From Promethearchaeota archaeon (GTDB lineage Archaea; Asgardarchaeota; Heimdallarchaeia; Hodarchaeales; Hodarchaeaceae), in the NCBI GenBank assembly GCA_048938105.1, contig JBHLMN010000003.1, positions 320,001 to 384,000 on the forward strand: DNA of 64,000 nucleotides. The letters run 5' to 3'. A model generated the notes under the pieces. The model searched no databases and was not told the origin of the DNA. It saw only the letters and a program-made list of their open reading frames with translations. Below, piece after piece: positions 10,467-21,585 of this stretch. The stretch's first letter is position 1. Every line of letters begins with the position of its first letter. The translations under genes were made by a program, and so were the position numbers.

Positions 10467-13073
10467 TTGTTTTTACGGAGTAAGACAACATTGAGTAAAA
10501 AAATTATCTTGAATAAAGAATGGAAAATGCAATCTTCTGGAAATTTATCAAAGTTTGGTGAAGTGATTTCCACTACTGATTTCATACCAGAAGATTGGTA
10601 TACTGTTGATGTTCCGACAACTGTCATAAATGGTCTTATTTTAAATGATGAATTCGATTTTAAAGATCCTTATTACGGATTAAATCTGAAATCAATACCA
10701 GGACACAAAGCACATATTACTCAACAGAATTATGAAAGCCGATATATGCCTGAAGACAGCCCTTTTAGAAAATCATGGTGGTTTAGAAAAGAGTTTTTAC
10801 TAGAAAGGAAGAATGGTAATGAGGAAACTTGGATAGCTTTTGATGGTATTAATTATTCAGCAAATATTTGGATAAATGGAAAACGGATTGCTGGTTCAGA
10901 TCATATAATTGGAACATATCGACGTTATGATTTTCATGTTACTCCTTTTGTGGATCTCGGAAAAAAGAACATAATTGCACTAGAGGTTTTTTCGCCTAAT
11001 CCTGATGATCTTGGAATAAGTTTTGTAGACTGGAACCCTTTACCTCCTGATGATGACATGGGTATTTGGCATCCAGTATATGTTTATATGACAGGCCCAG
11101 TTGCATTAAAGTATCCATTTGTGAAAAGCAAATTGAACATTGAAACTTTAAAAGAAGCTGAATTACTAATCAGTGTTGAACTGCATAATACACAAAAAAA
11201 CCAAGTAGAAGCTATCGTGGAAGGAAAAATTGGGGAAATAACTTTTCAAAAGGAATTATTCCTATCTTCGTATGAAAAAAAGGAATTCATTTTCTCTTGT
11301 GTGGATTTTCCCCAACTTCTAATAAAAGATCCACGTATTTGGTGGCCTTATCAACTTGGTTCGCCAGAGTTATATAAGCTGGATCTAATAGTCAAAGTGA
11401 ACGATGAAATCTCTGATGAAAAAGTAATAAATTTTGGAATAAGAGATGTAAAGTCTTCTATCAATGAATATGGTTCATGTGTATTCACTATCAATGGACA
11501 GAATATTCTCATCCGTGGTGGAGGTTGGACATGTGATATGATGCTTCACCAATCGAAAGAACGAGACGAAATTGATATTTCCTTTTTAAAGAATCTCAAT
11601 ATGAACACTTTACGACTTGAAGGTAAATTAGGATCAGATTATTTTTGGGAAAAATGTGATAGAGAAGGAATACTCGTTTTAGCAGGATGGGTCTGTTGTA
11701 GTCATTGGGAAAAGTGGAATAACTGGAAAAAAGGAGATTTAAGGGTTGCAAAAAAGTCTTTAGACTCTCAGATTCGTCGTCTTCGTAATCATCCAAGCTT
11801 GATAGCATGGTTATATGGGAGTGACTTCCCACCACCCGAATTTGTTGAGAAAGTTTATCTTGACGTATTAAAAGAACACAATGAACTTCCAATAATTTCA
11901 AGTGCGACAGCTGCACCTTCAGTAATTCTTGGAGAAACAGGAGTAAAGATGTCAGGGCCTTACACTTATGTACCACCTATCTATTGGTATACTAAAGGAA
12001 AACCAGGTTTTGCTGAGAGCTTTAATACTGAAACAGGGCCTGATGTGTGTATTCCTCCTTATGAGAGTTTGATGAAGATGTTACCTGAAAATCAGTTGTA
12101 TATAGGCAGCGAAGGTTGGAATTATCATGCAGGACTTGGTTCTTTCAAAAATACAGAAATAATAGAAGAAACAATTTCTAAAAGGTATGGTAAACCAAAG
12201 GATATTGAAGATTTTACACGAACCTCCCAAGTTCTTGGTTACGAATGTTGGCGAGCAATGTTTGAGGCATACGGGCAAAATTTTCCTAAAGCAACAGGTG
12301 TTATAGGTTGGATGTATAATAGTGCGTGGCCAAGCTTAATTTGGCAATTATTTGACTATTATTTTAATCCTAATGGTGCATTCTATGGTTCAAAGAAAGC
12401 CTGTGAACTCATTCATATCCAATATTCATATAGTGATGCATCAGTCTGGGTTATTAACGGAACACTTAATAAAAAGGAAAATCTAACCGTAACAGTGAAT
12501 CTATTTAATATTGATCTAGAAAAAAAGTATTCCTTTTCAAAAAAGGTGAATATTAATGGGAATGATAGAAAAAAAACTCTAACTGTTCCTAAAATAGAGG
12601 GATTATCTTCAGTATATTTTATTCAACTCCTCCTTGAGGATGGTTCAATTGTACTTAGTGAAAATTTCTACTGGCTTTCATTAAAAAACGATTTGTTTGA
12701 GGACAAAGATGAATGGTATTACAGTCCAGTTAAAGAACATGCAGATATGAGTAGTTTAAGAGATCTCCTCGATGCAGAAATAAAATGTGATTTTAGTATT
12801 ATCGAAAAAAAGAATGTGTACGAAATTTCTTTACGTATCACAAATATTTCCGATGTAATTGCATTTTTCCTAAGATATTATTTAATTGAGGAAGAAACAA
12901 ATCAATTTCTCACCCCTGTATATTGGGAGGATAACTGTATAAGTATTCTTCCTTCAGAGACAAGAGAAATTACAGGAGTTTTTCCAAAGAATACCATAAC
13001 CAGTAAAGTAAATGTTCAAATTGATGGTTGGAACTGCAGGCAAACATTGCGGTCGGAAAAAGGTATTAACTAA
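10467..13073 (+). CDS. GH2 exo-beta-D-glucosaminidase-like glycosidase (CsxA type)
   Basis: 868 aa; FDGINYSA, DWNPLPPD, IRGGGW, NTLRLEGK, GWVCCSHWE, WLYGSD (Asp acid/base rather than NE), FNTETGP, WPSLIWQLFDYY. Confidence 0.8.
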   Translation: MFLRSKTTLSKKIILNKEWKMQSSGNLSKFGEVISTTDFIPEDWYTVDVPTTVINGLILNDEFDFKDPYYGLNLKSIPGHKAHITQQNYESRYMPEDSPFRKSWWFRKEFLLERKNGNEETWIAFDGINYSANIWINGKRIAGSDHIIGTYRRYDFHVTPFVDLGKKNIIALEVFSPNPDDLGISFVDWNPLPPDDDMGIWHPVYVYMTGPVALKYPFVKSKLNIETLKEAELLISVELHNTQKNQVEAIVEGKIGEITFQKELFLSSYEKKEFIFSCVDFPQLLIKDPRIWWPYQLGSPELYKLDLIVKVNDEISDEKVINFGIRDVKSSINEYGSCVFTINGQNILIRGGGWTCDMMLHQSKERDEIDISFLKNLNMNTLRLEGKLGSDYFWEKCDREGILVLAGWVCCSHWEKWNNWKKGDLRVAKKSLDSQIRRLRNHPSLIAWLYGSDFPPPEFVEKVYLDVLKEHNELPIISSATAAPSVILGETGVKMSGPYTYVPPIYWYTKGKPGFAESFNTETGPDVCIPPYESLMKMLPENQLYIGSEGWNYHAGLGSFKNTEIIEETISKRYGKPKDIEDFTRTSQVLGYECWRAMFEAYGQNFPKATGVIGWMYNSAWPSLIWQLFDYYFNPNGAFYGSKKACELIHIQYSYSDASVWVINGTLNKKENLTVTVNLFNIDLEKKYSFSKKVNINGNDRKKTLTVPKIEGLSSVYFIQLLLEDGSIVLSENFYWLSLKNDLFEDKDEWYYSPVKEHADMSSLRDLLDAEIKCDFSIIEKKNVYEISLRITNISDVIAFFLRYYLIEEETNQFLTPVYWEDNCISILPSETREITGVFPKNTITSKVNVQIDGWNCRQTLRSEKGIN

Positions 13074-13161
13074 AATTACTAGTCAGAAGATTTTTCATTC
13101 TTAATGTGTCTCAATACTTGTGATATCATCTGCTATAGCATTAAAATAAGGACCCCTTCTC

Positions 13162-13866
13162 TCACCAATTCAATGGATTAGCATCAAAGTTAACAAAGAT
13201 TTGTTCATCAATTTTCCAATCCAATAAAATTGTCTTGGCTACATTATTTGCTGCTTCTAATGGGGTAATTGGGGCTTCAGATCCTCCCATATCTGAACTG
13301 AACCATCCAGGATGAATAGCTAATATCTTTACTCCATCTTTCTTATATCGATTATGGAGTAACTTTGACATCATATTCAACGCTGCTTTACTCATACAAT
13401 AACCATATTCACTTTCACGCCATGTTTGGTTACTAATCGATCCAGCTTCTGATGAAATATTAACTATCATTTTTTTTTGGCTGTTCTTCACTAATGGAAT
13501 AAAAAATTTGATCACTTTCAAGGGTGCAATAGAATTGACTTCAAAAGTTTGACTAATGGCCTCAAAATCCGTTTTTTCAAGAATAGGGCGATGGTTTTCT
13601 AAGTGAATGGCTGCATTGTTAATTAGAATATCAATGGAGGATGTAATATTTTTAATCTTTAAAAAAGCAGCTCGGATGTCATTTTCTTCAGTTACATTAA
13701 CTCTAAACAAGATTATATTGTCATTAAACTTAGTTTTTAGTTCCTTTAAACCATTACTCATAGAGCGATAAAGAGCAAACACAATGTTTCCATTTTCAAT
13801 GAGTATTTTAGTAAGAGCAAAACCTAAGCCCCTATTTGCTCCTGTAATCAGGATATTTCTTTTCAT
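13162..13866 (-). CDS. Short-chain dehydrogenase/reductase (CsgA/C-factor-like)
   Basis: 234 aa; TGANRGLG, INNAAI, NISSEAGS, YCMSK (YxxxK), HPGW..SDMGG. Confidence 0.9.
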   Translation of the reverse strand: MKRNILITGANRGLGFALTKILIENGNIVFALYRSMSNGLKELKTKFNDNIILFRVNVTEENDIRAAFLKIKNITSSIDILINNAAIHLENHRPILEKTDFEAISQTFEVNSIAPLKVIKFFIPLVKNSQKKMIVNISSEAGSISNQTWRESEYGYCMSKAALNMMSKLLHNRYKKDGVKILAIHPGWFSSDMGGSEAPITPLEAANNVAKTILLDWKIDEQIFVNFDANPLNW

Positions 13867-13927
13867 GATTTAACTCCAATGAATTAGTTATTGATCTTAT
13901 TGAACTGGTTAATTTCATAGAAAGTTG

Positions 13928-16357
13928 TCAATTTGAGAATTCTAGAGCATGTTCAATAGCCCAAATGCTTAATGGCCGCATATACATACTTGCCCGATAA
14001 TTACCTGTGACATCCCAGGCTTCAGGCGTACGGTACCAATATCCTCTGTTATAAGTGCTATTAGTGTTATAGACAACATTATATATTCCCCACGCTGTAT
14101 TCCATGCTTCATCTATCATTCCACGGTGAATCATAAATGCGGTAAGGGCATAAGTTGTACCTGTCCATACTTCTTGAGATTGTTCACTAGTTTTGTCAAT
14201 GTCACCATCAGGTCGCATACCATTAACAGCTCCCATTTGCCCATCAGCAAATTTAAGAACATTATAGTTGTAGATTTTTTGTAAGGCCGATAAAATATGA
14301 TTTTCGGAGACTATAGGCTCCAAATCTGTGGCGTCACAATACCATTGACCGCCTAATTGATCAGCCATTATACTGTCAGAATAAGATCCCTCACTTGCAT
14401 CATAGTTATAATACTCTCCATTCCAGAGTTTATCCTCATATGAAGCTTTTCCTCTTACTAACCAACTCGTATACAGATTTACGTTATCTGTATCTCCAAT
14501 TATTATTCCCATTTTAATCGCTGCCTCTAAAGCTGCTAACCACAAACCAGCACAATAAGCACTTTCATTTGACATCTTCCATTCATCATAGGTCTGGTCT
14601 GGAACCCCTTCATTTTCAGGTAAATGATCTCCATCGGTATCATAATTGTGTAAATAATCTAGTGCCATAACAACAGATGTCCAACCATCCTCCACTAATG
14701 TAGTATCATTGGTAAAGAAATAATCACGATAAAGTTGTAAGACGAATTTTGAGTTCATATCTTTCCACATATTGGAATCACGCCACCGATAAGAATTGAC
14801 AATGAACCAGGGATCTTCATAACCAATATCATGAGGGCAGCTTCCAGGAACTTTACGTGGACCAGTCTCATCAGTAGCCCATATTGTCGTAATTGTTGGG
14901 TCATCTATAGGTACAGCTGCAATAAAATCTCTGATTGCTTGTTTTTGCAACTCAGGCCATAGCTGAATTAATGAAAAAGAGGCATAATAAAGAACATCAA
15001 AGGTATTATACATACTATAGTCAAAACACTCAAGAAAACCAAATCGGCCAATCCCTTCTTCAAGAGGCCCTTCACTAACAAGACCATTTTCCCAAAACGT
15101 ACCTCCATCAACTAAATAGTATAACTCGTTGAATAAAGCTGTCTTATACCAATTAGGCCGACTTTCGTCTTCTAGAATTGGTTGTTGCCAAGAATCAATG
15201 GCTTCTTCCCAATTTGTATAATTAGCTAAAGCTTCAGAGGCAATGGCTAATGCATTTCTTCCAGTAGTTCCAAAAAAACGAGTGTACCGTTTATACCATT
15301 GCCTATTCCAGTCAAATTCAGTTATGGGGAAGTCCCAAGCAAGAATAAAGGGGATTATTTGCTGCTCACTAGGATCTAATTCTAATGTAACCGATAAAGC
15401 TGCACCAATATCTTCTAATATGTCCGCATGATCAGTATTGTTAATGTTGTCTAATTTACCATCTGTTGCGAAATCTTGCCAAACATCAGAACCTCCACTA
15501 CTTACAGAAAAGCATGAACGATAGCTGATAGTCCAATTGGGGCTATTCTGTGTTACCAAAGCGAATGAGCCATCCCATTCTTCCTCTACCGTCTCTTTAT
15601 CGCGAGTAAGGATAATTCCAGTCATATTTTTGTCATCAGAGGTGAAGGCGTAGTTATACTTATCCATAAGTGGATGATCAGTATTACAAATTGACCCTAC
15701 AAGGTTCTGCCATGTGAACATCAATCCTACGATTATTGACTCATTTGTTGGATTCTCAACGGCCCATTCAAATACTCCAACAGGATAGCTACTTTCTTTG
15801 TAATTTTTCGGGATAATAGGCGAGAACTGTTTTTGCAGCAAGTTCACAGGTAGCTCTTTCCAATTGTAATCATACCATGCTTTAGGAAATAATCCATAAT
15901 ATGTCCCTGCGCCGACTGGCATATCCCAATTCCATTTTAGGTCTGTGTCTGATTCCTTTAACGATGAAAGAACATGTGCATCAGATTCATCTTTTTGGGA
16001 CACAAAAACAGAGAACTGATTTGCATCTATTGTTTCAAATTTATGTTTCCCAATTTCTAGATGCCAACGAGCGAAATCTCCACGATAGGTTCGGCCAATG
16101 CTTCCTGCACCTAAACCTCCAAGTGGTACTCCGCCCCATTCTTTATCATCTATGATCCAATAACTAGTTTTCGGCTTCCCAGTTTGACTGTAAGGAACTC
16201 CAATTCCTCGTGACCATGCCACCTTAGGTATGGTACTAGGAATAGATACTGGCCCCTCTGGTGAGCTAGGCTGATATAAAGTTAACAAAACCACGCCAAT
16301 AGCGCTTATTAGTAATAATATTGTGATTATGCCAGCTATTATTATATTTCTTATCAT
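13928..16357 (-). CDS. GH116 beta-glucosidase (GBA2/non-lysosomal glucosylceramidase family) with an N-terminal membrane anchor
   Basis: 809 aa; GVPLGGLGAGSI, SYPVGVFEW, LFNELYY, FLECFDY, PHDIG, WKDMNSKF, PDQTYDEW, EVWTG, TPEAW, YMRPLSIW; hydrophobic residues 5-26. Confidence 0.9.
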   Translation of the reverse strand: MIRNIIIAGIITILLLISAIGVVLLTLYQPSSPEGPVSIPSTIPKVAWSRGIGVPYSQTGKPKTSYWIIDDKEWGGVPLGGLGAGSIGRTYRGDFARWHLEIGKHKFETIDANQFSVFVSQKDESDAHVLSSLKESDTDLKWNWDMPVGAGTYYGLFPKAWYDYNWKELPVNLLQKQFSPIIPKNYKESSYPVGVFEWAVENPTNESIIVGLMFTWQNLVGSICNTDHPLMDKYNYAFTSDDKNMTGIILTRDKETVEEEWDGSFALVTQNSPNWTISYRSCFSVSSGGSDVWQDFATDGKLDNINNTDHADILEDIGAALSVTLELDPSEQQIIPFILAWDFPITEFDWNRQWYKRYTRFFGTTGRNALAIASEALANYTNWEEAIDSWQQPILEDESRPNWYKTALFNELYYLVDGGTFWENGLVSEGPLEEGIGRFGFLECFDYSMYNTFDVLYYASFSLIQLWPELQKQAIRDFIAAVPIDDPTITTIWATDETGPRKVPGSCPHDIGYEDPWFIVNSYRWRDSNMWKDMNSKFVLQLYRDYFFTNDTTLVEDGWTSVVMALDYLHNYDTDGDHLPENEGVPDQTYDEWKMSNESAYCAGLWLAALEAAIKMGIIIGDTDNVNLYTSWLVRGKASYEDKLWNGEYYNYDASEGSYSDSIMADQLGGQWYCDATDLEPIVSENHILSALQKIYNYNVLKFADGQMGAVNGMRPDGDIDKTSEQSQEVWTGTTYALTAFMIHRGMIDEAWNTAWGIYNVVYNTNSTYNRGYWYRTPEAWDVTGNYRASMYMRPLSIWAIEHALEFSN

Positions 16358-16382
16358 AGATTAGTTCTTCCTTTGAATATAT

Positions 16383-18827
16383 TTAGCTTATAATTCCTTT
16401 AATTGTAACTTTTTTCTTTCTTATAAATGAAAACGGAATGATATTCCCTTCAATCGGTTGACCATCGACTTCAAGTATAATCGAATTCCCCTCACCAGTA
16501 CGTTCAAGAGAAATGCTGTAATCCACCCCACGGAAGGTACGTGTTGCTTTAAAGCTGGACCAGGATTTTGGAATGATGGGTACGATCTGTAATCCAGTAT
16601 AGGTAGGTCGAATCCCAAGAATCCAATTTGTAATGGCAATATAATTCCAAGCAGCGGTACCAGTTAGCCAAGAATTCTTAGCTTCCCCGAAATTTGGGGC
16701 ATCTCGCCCAGCGATCATCTGAGCATATACATATGGTTCACAACGATGTAGTTCACTAATGTCTTCCCTGACAGAAGGATTAATTCGCATGTAATAATCA
16801 TATGCCTTATCTCCGTGCCCGATTATTGATTCAGAAATCATTATCCACGGATTTGTATGACAAAAAATACTCGCGTTTTCTTTATACCCTGGAGGATATG
16901 ACGAAATTTCTCCTAAATGTAAATAATACTGCGAATAGGGAGGTTGATGGAGCATGATACCATGTGGTGTAGCTAATAGTTTCTCCACAGCAGTTAGCGC
17001 CTTTTCCGCTCTGCCATCATTAAGCCCTATTCCAGCTAAGATGCAGAATCCCTGAGGTTCGACGAAAATCTGCCCCTCTTTGGACTCATGTGACCCCACC
17101 TCATTCCCAAAGTCGTCGTAGGCGCGTAGGAACCAGTCTCCATCCCAACCATATTTGTTAACAGCCTTCTTCATCTTTTCAATCCAAGTGAGATATTCTG
17201 TTACCTCCTCCTCCAAATCACATTCTTGGAGAATCTCAACTAATTCTTTTGCTGCAAGTACGAACAGCCCTGCAATAAATATTGATTCGGCTACTTTTCC
17301 ATCTTTGTTTGTTGTTGTCTGAAAAGACTGGTCTGGTTCTTCAGAAAAACAGTTCAGATTCAAACAATCATTCCAGTCTGCGCGGCCAATAAGTGGTAAC
17401 TCATGAGGTCCCAACCGTTTCTGTGTATAAGAAAGACTTCTCTTTAAATGGTCTAAAAGCTTTTCTTCTGTTCCAGGTTGATTTTCATATACTACAAGTT
17501 CATCGAGTATATTAAAATCACCTGTTTCCTTCAGATATGAGGCTACACTCAAAATTAGCCAGAGGGGGTCATCATTGAAATTACTACCAATGTCATCATT
17601 GCCTCGTTTTGTAAGAGGTTGATATTGGTGATATGCACCACCTGTTTTCAATTGCGTGGCAGCTAAATCCAAAATACGTTCCCGTGCTCGTTCAGGGACC
17701 ATATGGATAAAACCTAACAAATCTTGATTAGAATCACGAAATCCTATACCACGTCCGATTCCAGACTCAAAGAATGAGGCTGATCGTGACAAATTAAAAG
17801 TGACCATACACTGATAGGCGTTCCAAATATTAACCATCCTATTTGTATGAATGTCGGGCGTTTCAACTTGGAATTTTTCTAATAAGCTATTCCAATATGA
17901 ATTAAGGTTGTTAAAGGCCCTTTCCACATTATACTTATCCAAATATTTAGCGATGATTTTTTTTACGGTTTTTTTATTGATCGTCTGTGATCCAGGTGGA
18001 TCAAACTTTTTGTTATGAGGATTCTCGTGGTACCCGAGTATGAAGATGATTTGCTTTGTTTCATTGGGATCTAGAGAAATCTTAACATGATGTGATCCTA
18101 TTGGTGCCCAACCATGAGCTTCAGAATTATAAGAATGACCTCTTTCTACTACCACAGGTTTTTCCCAACTCCGATAAGATCCTAGAAAGTCGTCACGCTT
18201 AGTATCGAATCCTTCTAGAGGTTCTGAACATGCGAAATACGCAAAATGATTTCTTCGTTCACGATATTCTGTTTTGTGATATATTATGTTATTTTCAATC
18301 TCTACCTCCCCAGTATTATAATTTCGTTGGAAGTTGGTAAAATCATCCAAAGCATCCCACAAACAAAATTCAATACAGGAAAAAATTGACAGATTTACTT
18401 GCCTCTCCTGCTGGTTTTTTAATGAAAGTTGCCAAATTTCTAGATTCTCACTTAAAGGGACAAAATATCGTGTTGTTGCTTCAATCTTATTGTACGTGGA
18501 ACCGATGATAGAATATCCTAGCCCGTGACGACAAGTGAAATTCTCCAAATTGTTACGAGTGGGTTGCCATGAAGGAGACCAAAATTCTGTTGTTTTGTTA
18601 TCTCGTAAATAAATGTATCGTCCACCAGAATCCAAAGGAACATTATTATAACGATATCGAGTTATACGTCTTGTTTTTGCATCTTGATAAAATGAATATC
18701 CCCCTGCGGTATTAGAGATAATTCCAAAATATTTTTCGCAGCCTAAATAGTTAATCCAAGGCAATGGAGTATCAGGTTGAGCAATGACATACTCTCTAAG
18801 ATCATCATCAAAATAACCGTACCGCAT
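16383..18827 (-). CDS. GH94 cellobiose phosphorylase-like
   Basis: 814 aa; YGYFDD, TPLPWINYLG, RYRYNNVP, GRGIGFRDSNQD, ADWNDCLNLNCFS, KENASIFCH, NSWLTGTAAW. Confidence 0.88.
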   Translation of the reverse strand: MRYGYFDDDLREYVIAQPDTPLPWINYLGCEKYFGIISNTAGGYSFYQDAKTRRITRYRYNNVPLDSGGRYIYLRDNKTTEFWSPSWQPTRNNLENFTCRHGLGYSIIGSTYNKIEATTRYFVPLSENLEIWQLSLKNQQERQVNLSIFSCIEFCLWDALDDFTNFQRNYNTGEVEIENNIIYHKTEYRERRNHFAYFACSEPLEGFDTKRDDFLGSYRSWEKPVVVERGHSYNSEAHGWAPIGSHHVKISLDPNETKQIIFILGYHENPHNKKFDPPGSQTINKKTVKKIIAKYLDKYNVERAFNNLNSYWNSLLEKFQVETPDIHTNRMVNIWNAYQCMVTFNLSRSASFFESGIGRGIGFRDSNQDLLGFIHMVPERARERILDLAATQLKTGGAYHQYQPLTKRGNDDIGSNFNDDPLWLILSVASYLKETGDFNILDELVVYENQPGTEEKLLDHLKRSLSYTQKRLGPHELPLIGRADWNDCLNLNCFSEEPDQSFQTTTNKDGKVAESIFIAGLFVLAAKELVEILQECDLEEEVTEYLTWIEKMKKAVNKYGWDGDWFLRAYDDFGNEVGSHESKEGQIFVEPQGFCILAGIGLNDGRAEKALTAVEKLLATPHGIMLHQPPYSQYYLHLGEISSYPPGYKENASIFCHTNPWIMISESIIGHGDKAYDYYMRINPSVREDISELHRCEPYVYAQMIAGRDAPNFGEAKNSWLTGTAAWNYIAITNWILGIRPTYTGLQIVPIIPKSWSSFKATRTFRGVDYSISLERTGEGNSIILEVDGQPIEGNIIPFSFIRKKKVTIKGIIS

Positions 18828-19059
18828 GTGTTTATCTTCCTCAATTTCTCTTTTTTTCTCTTATTGAATTATCAAAGTTTATGTGTAATCTGATATAATC
18901 ACCTAGTGAAATTTGCATTAAATATCGTTTTTTTTCTCCTAATTTCAAACATATTATCGTTTAATCATGTAAAAGATATAAAGAAAGACTTGAAACTTGG
19001 TTAATTAAATTATTTTTCTTATAAATTGTAAAAACAATATAGAATAAAGGGTTATTTAC

Positions 19060-21237
19060 ATGATTGAAGTATATAAGGATCCAACATATGCATTAAATAC
19101 AAGAACAAAGGATTTATTATCGAGAATGACGATTGAAGAAAAAGTAGGTCAGATGTGTCAACTTGATCTCAGTCACGATCCTAAAATCTGGATAAAAGAA
19201 AGAAATATTGGTTCATATCTTAATGTGAAATGGAAAGATACTCAAATCCTTCAAAAAATGGCTTTAGAAACACGGCTTGGTATCCCTCTTATTTTTGGAA
19301 TCGACGCGGTACATGGACATTGCTTTCATGATGGAGCAACAGTATTTCCAACGCAATTAGCAATGTCCTGCAGTTGGAATCCTGATTTATTAGAAGAGGT
19401 AGCTCGGATAACAGCAAAAGAAGTGATATACACAGGTATTCACTGGACTTTTTCTCCTATTCTCTGTATTGGACGAGACCCTCGTTGGGGTCGTATTGAT
19501 GAAACTTTTGGAGAAGATCCCTTTCTTATAGGAAAATTAGCTTCAGCAATGGTTAGGGGTTATCAGGGGAGGAACTTATCTGATCCCGAAAGCATTCTCG
19601 CCTGTCCAAAACATTTTGTAGCTTATGGTGAAACAATTGGAGGGAGGGACTCTGCAGAAGCAGAAATCTCAAGGAGAAAATTGAAAGATATCTTTTTACC
19701 ACCATTTAAGGAAGTAGTGGAGTCTGGTTGTGGTTCCATTATGGCAGGTTATCACTCAATAGATGGAACACCCTGCTCTGCAAATTCATGGTTATTAAGA
19801 GATGTATTAAAAACAGAATGGGGATTTAAAGGTTTCATTTTGACTGATTGGGCTAATGTAACTTGGTTGCATGAATCACAATTTGTTTCTCCTACATTAG
19901 CCAATGCGGCTGAAATTGCTCTTCTTGCTGGAAATGATATGATAATGTCAACCCCTGAATTTTATGATATCATAATCAAAGGAGTTAGAGAGGGTCACAT
20001 TGATGAAAAACTCATTGATGATGCCTGTTCGCGAATCTTGAAAATTAAATTCCGCCTAGGTCTCTTTGAACAAAAAGGATACCCTATCACTGATCTAAAT
20101 CCCAAAATTATTGGGTGTACGTTACATAAAAAGAAAGCTTTAGAAGCAGCACTTCAGTCATTAGTCTTATTAAAAAATAACAATGATCTTCTTCCTCTAA
20201 ATGAAAATTTAGGTAAGATTGCAGTATTAGGACCTAATGCAGATAATTCTATAGCTCAACTTGGCGACTGGTCCTTTGGAAAAGTTTTAAATTGGCCTCC
20301 AAAAGATAAAGATATTATAAATGGCCATAAAGCCAACACAGTTACTATTCTTGAAGGGATAAAAGCACGAGTTAAAGATAAGAGTTCTATATTGTATGCT
20401 AAGGGTTGTGATATATTAAACCCAGAAATAAAAGATATACAAAAAGCCACTTTTGTAGCTCAGGAAGCTGATGTAGCAGTAGTAGTTGTAGGGGATAGCC
20501 TTAGTTTAGTTGGAGAACATAAGGATCGAGCTTCTCTTGATCTTACAGGTGCACAAAATGAACTCTTAAAAGCTGTTAAAACGACAGGAACCCCTTTAGT
20601 TGTAGTTCTTATAAATGGAAAACCCTTAACAATTCCATGGGTAGCAAAAAATGCTGATGCAATTCTTGAAGCATGGAATCCTGGGAATGAAGGAGGAAAT
20701 GCAGTTGCTGCTGTACTTTTCGGGGATTATAATCCTTGTGGTAAGCTGACGATAAGCTTTCCTCTACATATTGGGCAGTTGCCTGTTTTTTATAATCAGC
20801 TGCCTGGGTGGCATGGAGGTAAATATGTAGACTTGGAGGCTGACCCTCTCTATCCATTTGGCTTTGGGTTATCTTATACTTCCTTTGAATATAAAAATCT
20901 TAGTTTATCAAAAACTAAATTGCAAAAAGATGAAATTTTGTATGTTTCCATGGATATTAAAAATACAGGGCATCGTAAAGGAGTCGAAATTGTACAACTT
21001 TATGTAAATGATAAATATAGCTCTGTAACAACTCCAATTAAGGAATTAAAAGGCTTTAAACGTGTTGACATACAACCTGGAGAAGAAAAACACGTTAAAA
21101 TAGTATTACCCATATCTACATTGTCATTGATTAATTCTGAAGGCGTAGAATGTGTTGAATCTGGAGAATTTGAAATTATGGTTGGTTGGTCATCAAGGGT
21201 TGAGGATCTTTTCAAGAAGACTATTGTTGTTTATTAA
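19060..21237 (+). CDS. GH3 beta-glucosidase/xylosidase
   Basis: 725 aa; DAVHG, RDPRWGR, FGEDP, KHF, ILTDW (nucleophile), GE..DR, PFGFGLSYT, C-terminal Fn3-like domain. Confidence 0.9.
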   Translation: MIEVYKDPTYALNTRTKDLLSRMTIEEKVGQMCQLDLSHDPKIWIKERNIGSYLNVKWKDTQILQKMALETRLGIPLIFGIDAVHGHCFHDGATVFPTQLAMSCSWNPDLLEEVARITAKEVIYTGIHWTFSPILCIGRDPRWGRIDETFGEDPFLIGKLASAMVRGYQGRNLSDPESILACPKHFVAYGETIGGRDSAEAEISRRKLKDIFLPPFKEVVESGCGSIMAGYHSIDGTPCSANSWLLRDVLKTEWGFKGFILTDWANVTWLHESQFVSPTLANAAEIALLAGNDMIMSTPEFYDIIIKGVREGHIDEKLIDDACSRILKIKFRLGLFEQKGYPITDLNPKIIGCTLHKKKALEAALQSLVLLKNNNDLLPLNENLGKIAVLGPNADNSIAQLGDWSFGKVLNWPPKDKDIINGHKANTVTILEGIKARVKDKSSILYAKGCDILNPEIKDIQKATFVAQEADVAVVVVGDSLSLVGEHKDRASLDLTGAQNELLKAVKTTGTPLVVVLINGKPLTIPWVAKNADAILEAWNPGNEGGNAVAAVLFGDYNPCGKLTISFPLHIGQLPVFYNQLPGWHGGKYVDLEADPLYPFGFGLSYTSFEYKNLSLSKTKLQKDEILYVSMDIKNTGHRKGVEIVQLYVNDKYSSVTTPIKELKGFKRVDIQPGEEKHVKIVLPISTLSLINSEGVECVESGEFEIMVGWSSRVEDLFKKTIVVY

Positions 21238-21585
21238 GAATGTACGTAATTTCTTTTTTGTAACTTCTATTAATTTTCTATCAATCCACATTGATCAGAT
21301 TAAACTGCTTATTTATGTCCAAAAAAGCTTAGGCAATTTCTTATTTTAACATCATATTTAGTACTACAGTAAGAATACGATAAAAATGAATTATAATTCA
21401 ATATGATATATATTTAACATGGTAAAATACCCTCTAAGTTCACACCTCTTGAAATAAGATCACATGTATTCATGATATGTATCCAAACATTTTACATGCC
21501 AGAAAAGATTTTAAATTGAAGAAGAAAATGATGTCGGTTTACTGAAATCCTATTTTTTTTCAGTAAAAAAAATGAAAGAAGGAAT

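Noticed and set aside
13308-13319. 12-nt match (caggatgaatag) to the reverse complement of the putative omegaRNA guide; also a 10-nt match at 48180-48189
   Set aside because: Too short to exceed chance in 64 kb of AT-rich DNA; the first lacks the scaffold-proximal seed, and the TAM is unknown.
7238-21485. 11-mer tggatacatat upstream of the NagB fusion and its reverse complement upstream of the SBP; palindrome tgaattataattca at 21387-21400
   Set aside because: Not found at the other sugar-gene promoters I inspected; matches of this length are expected by chance in AT-rich intergenic DNA.
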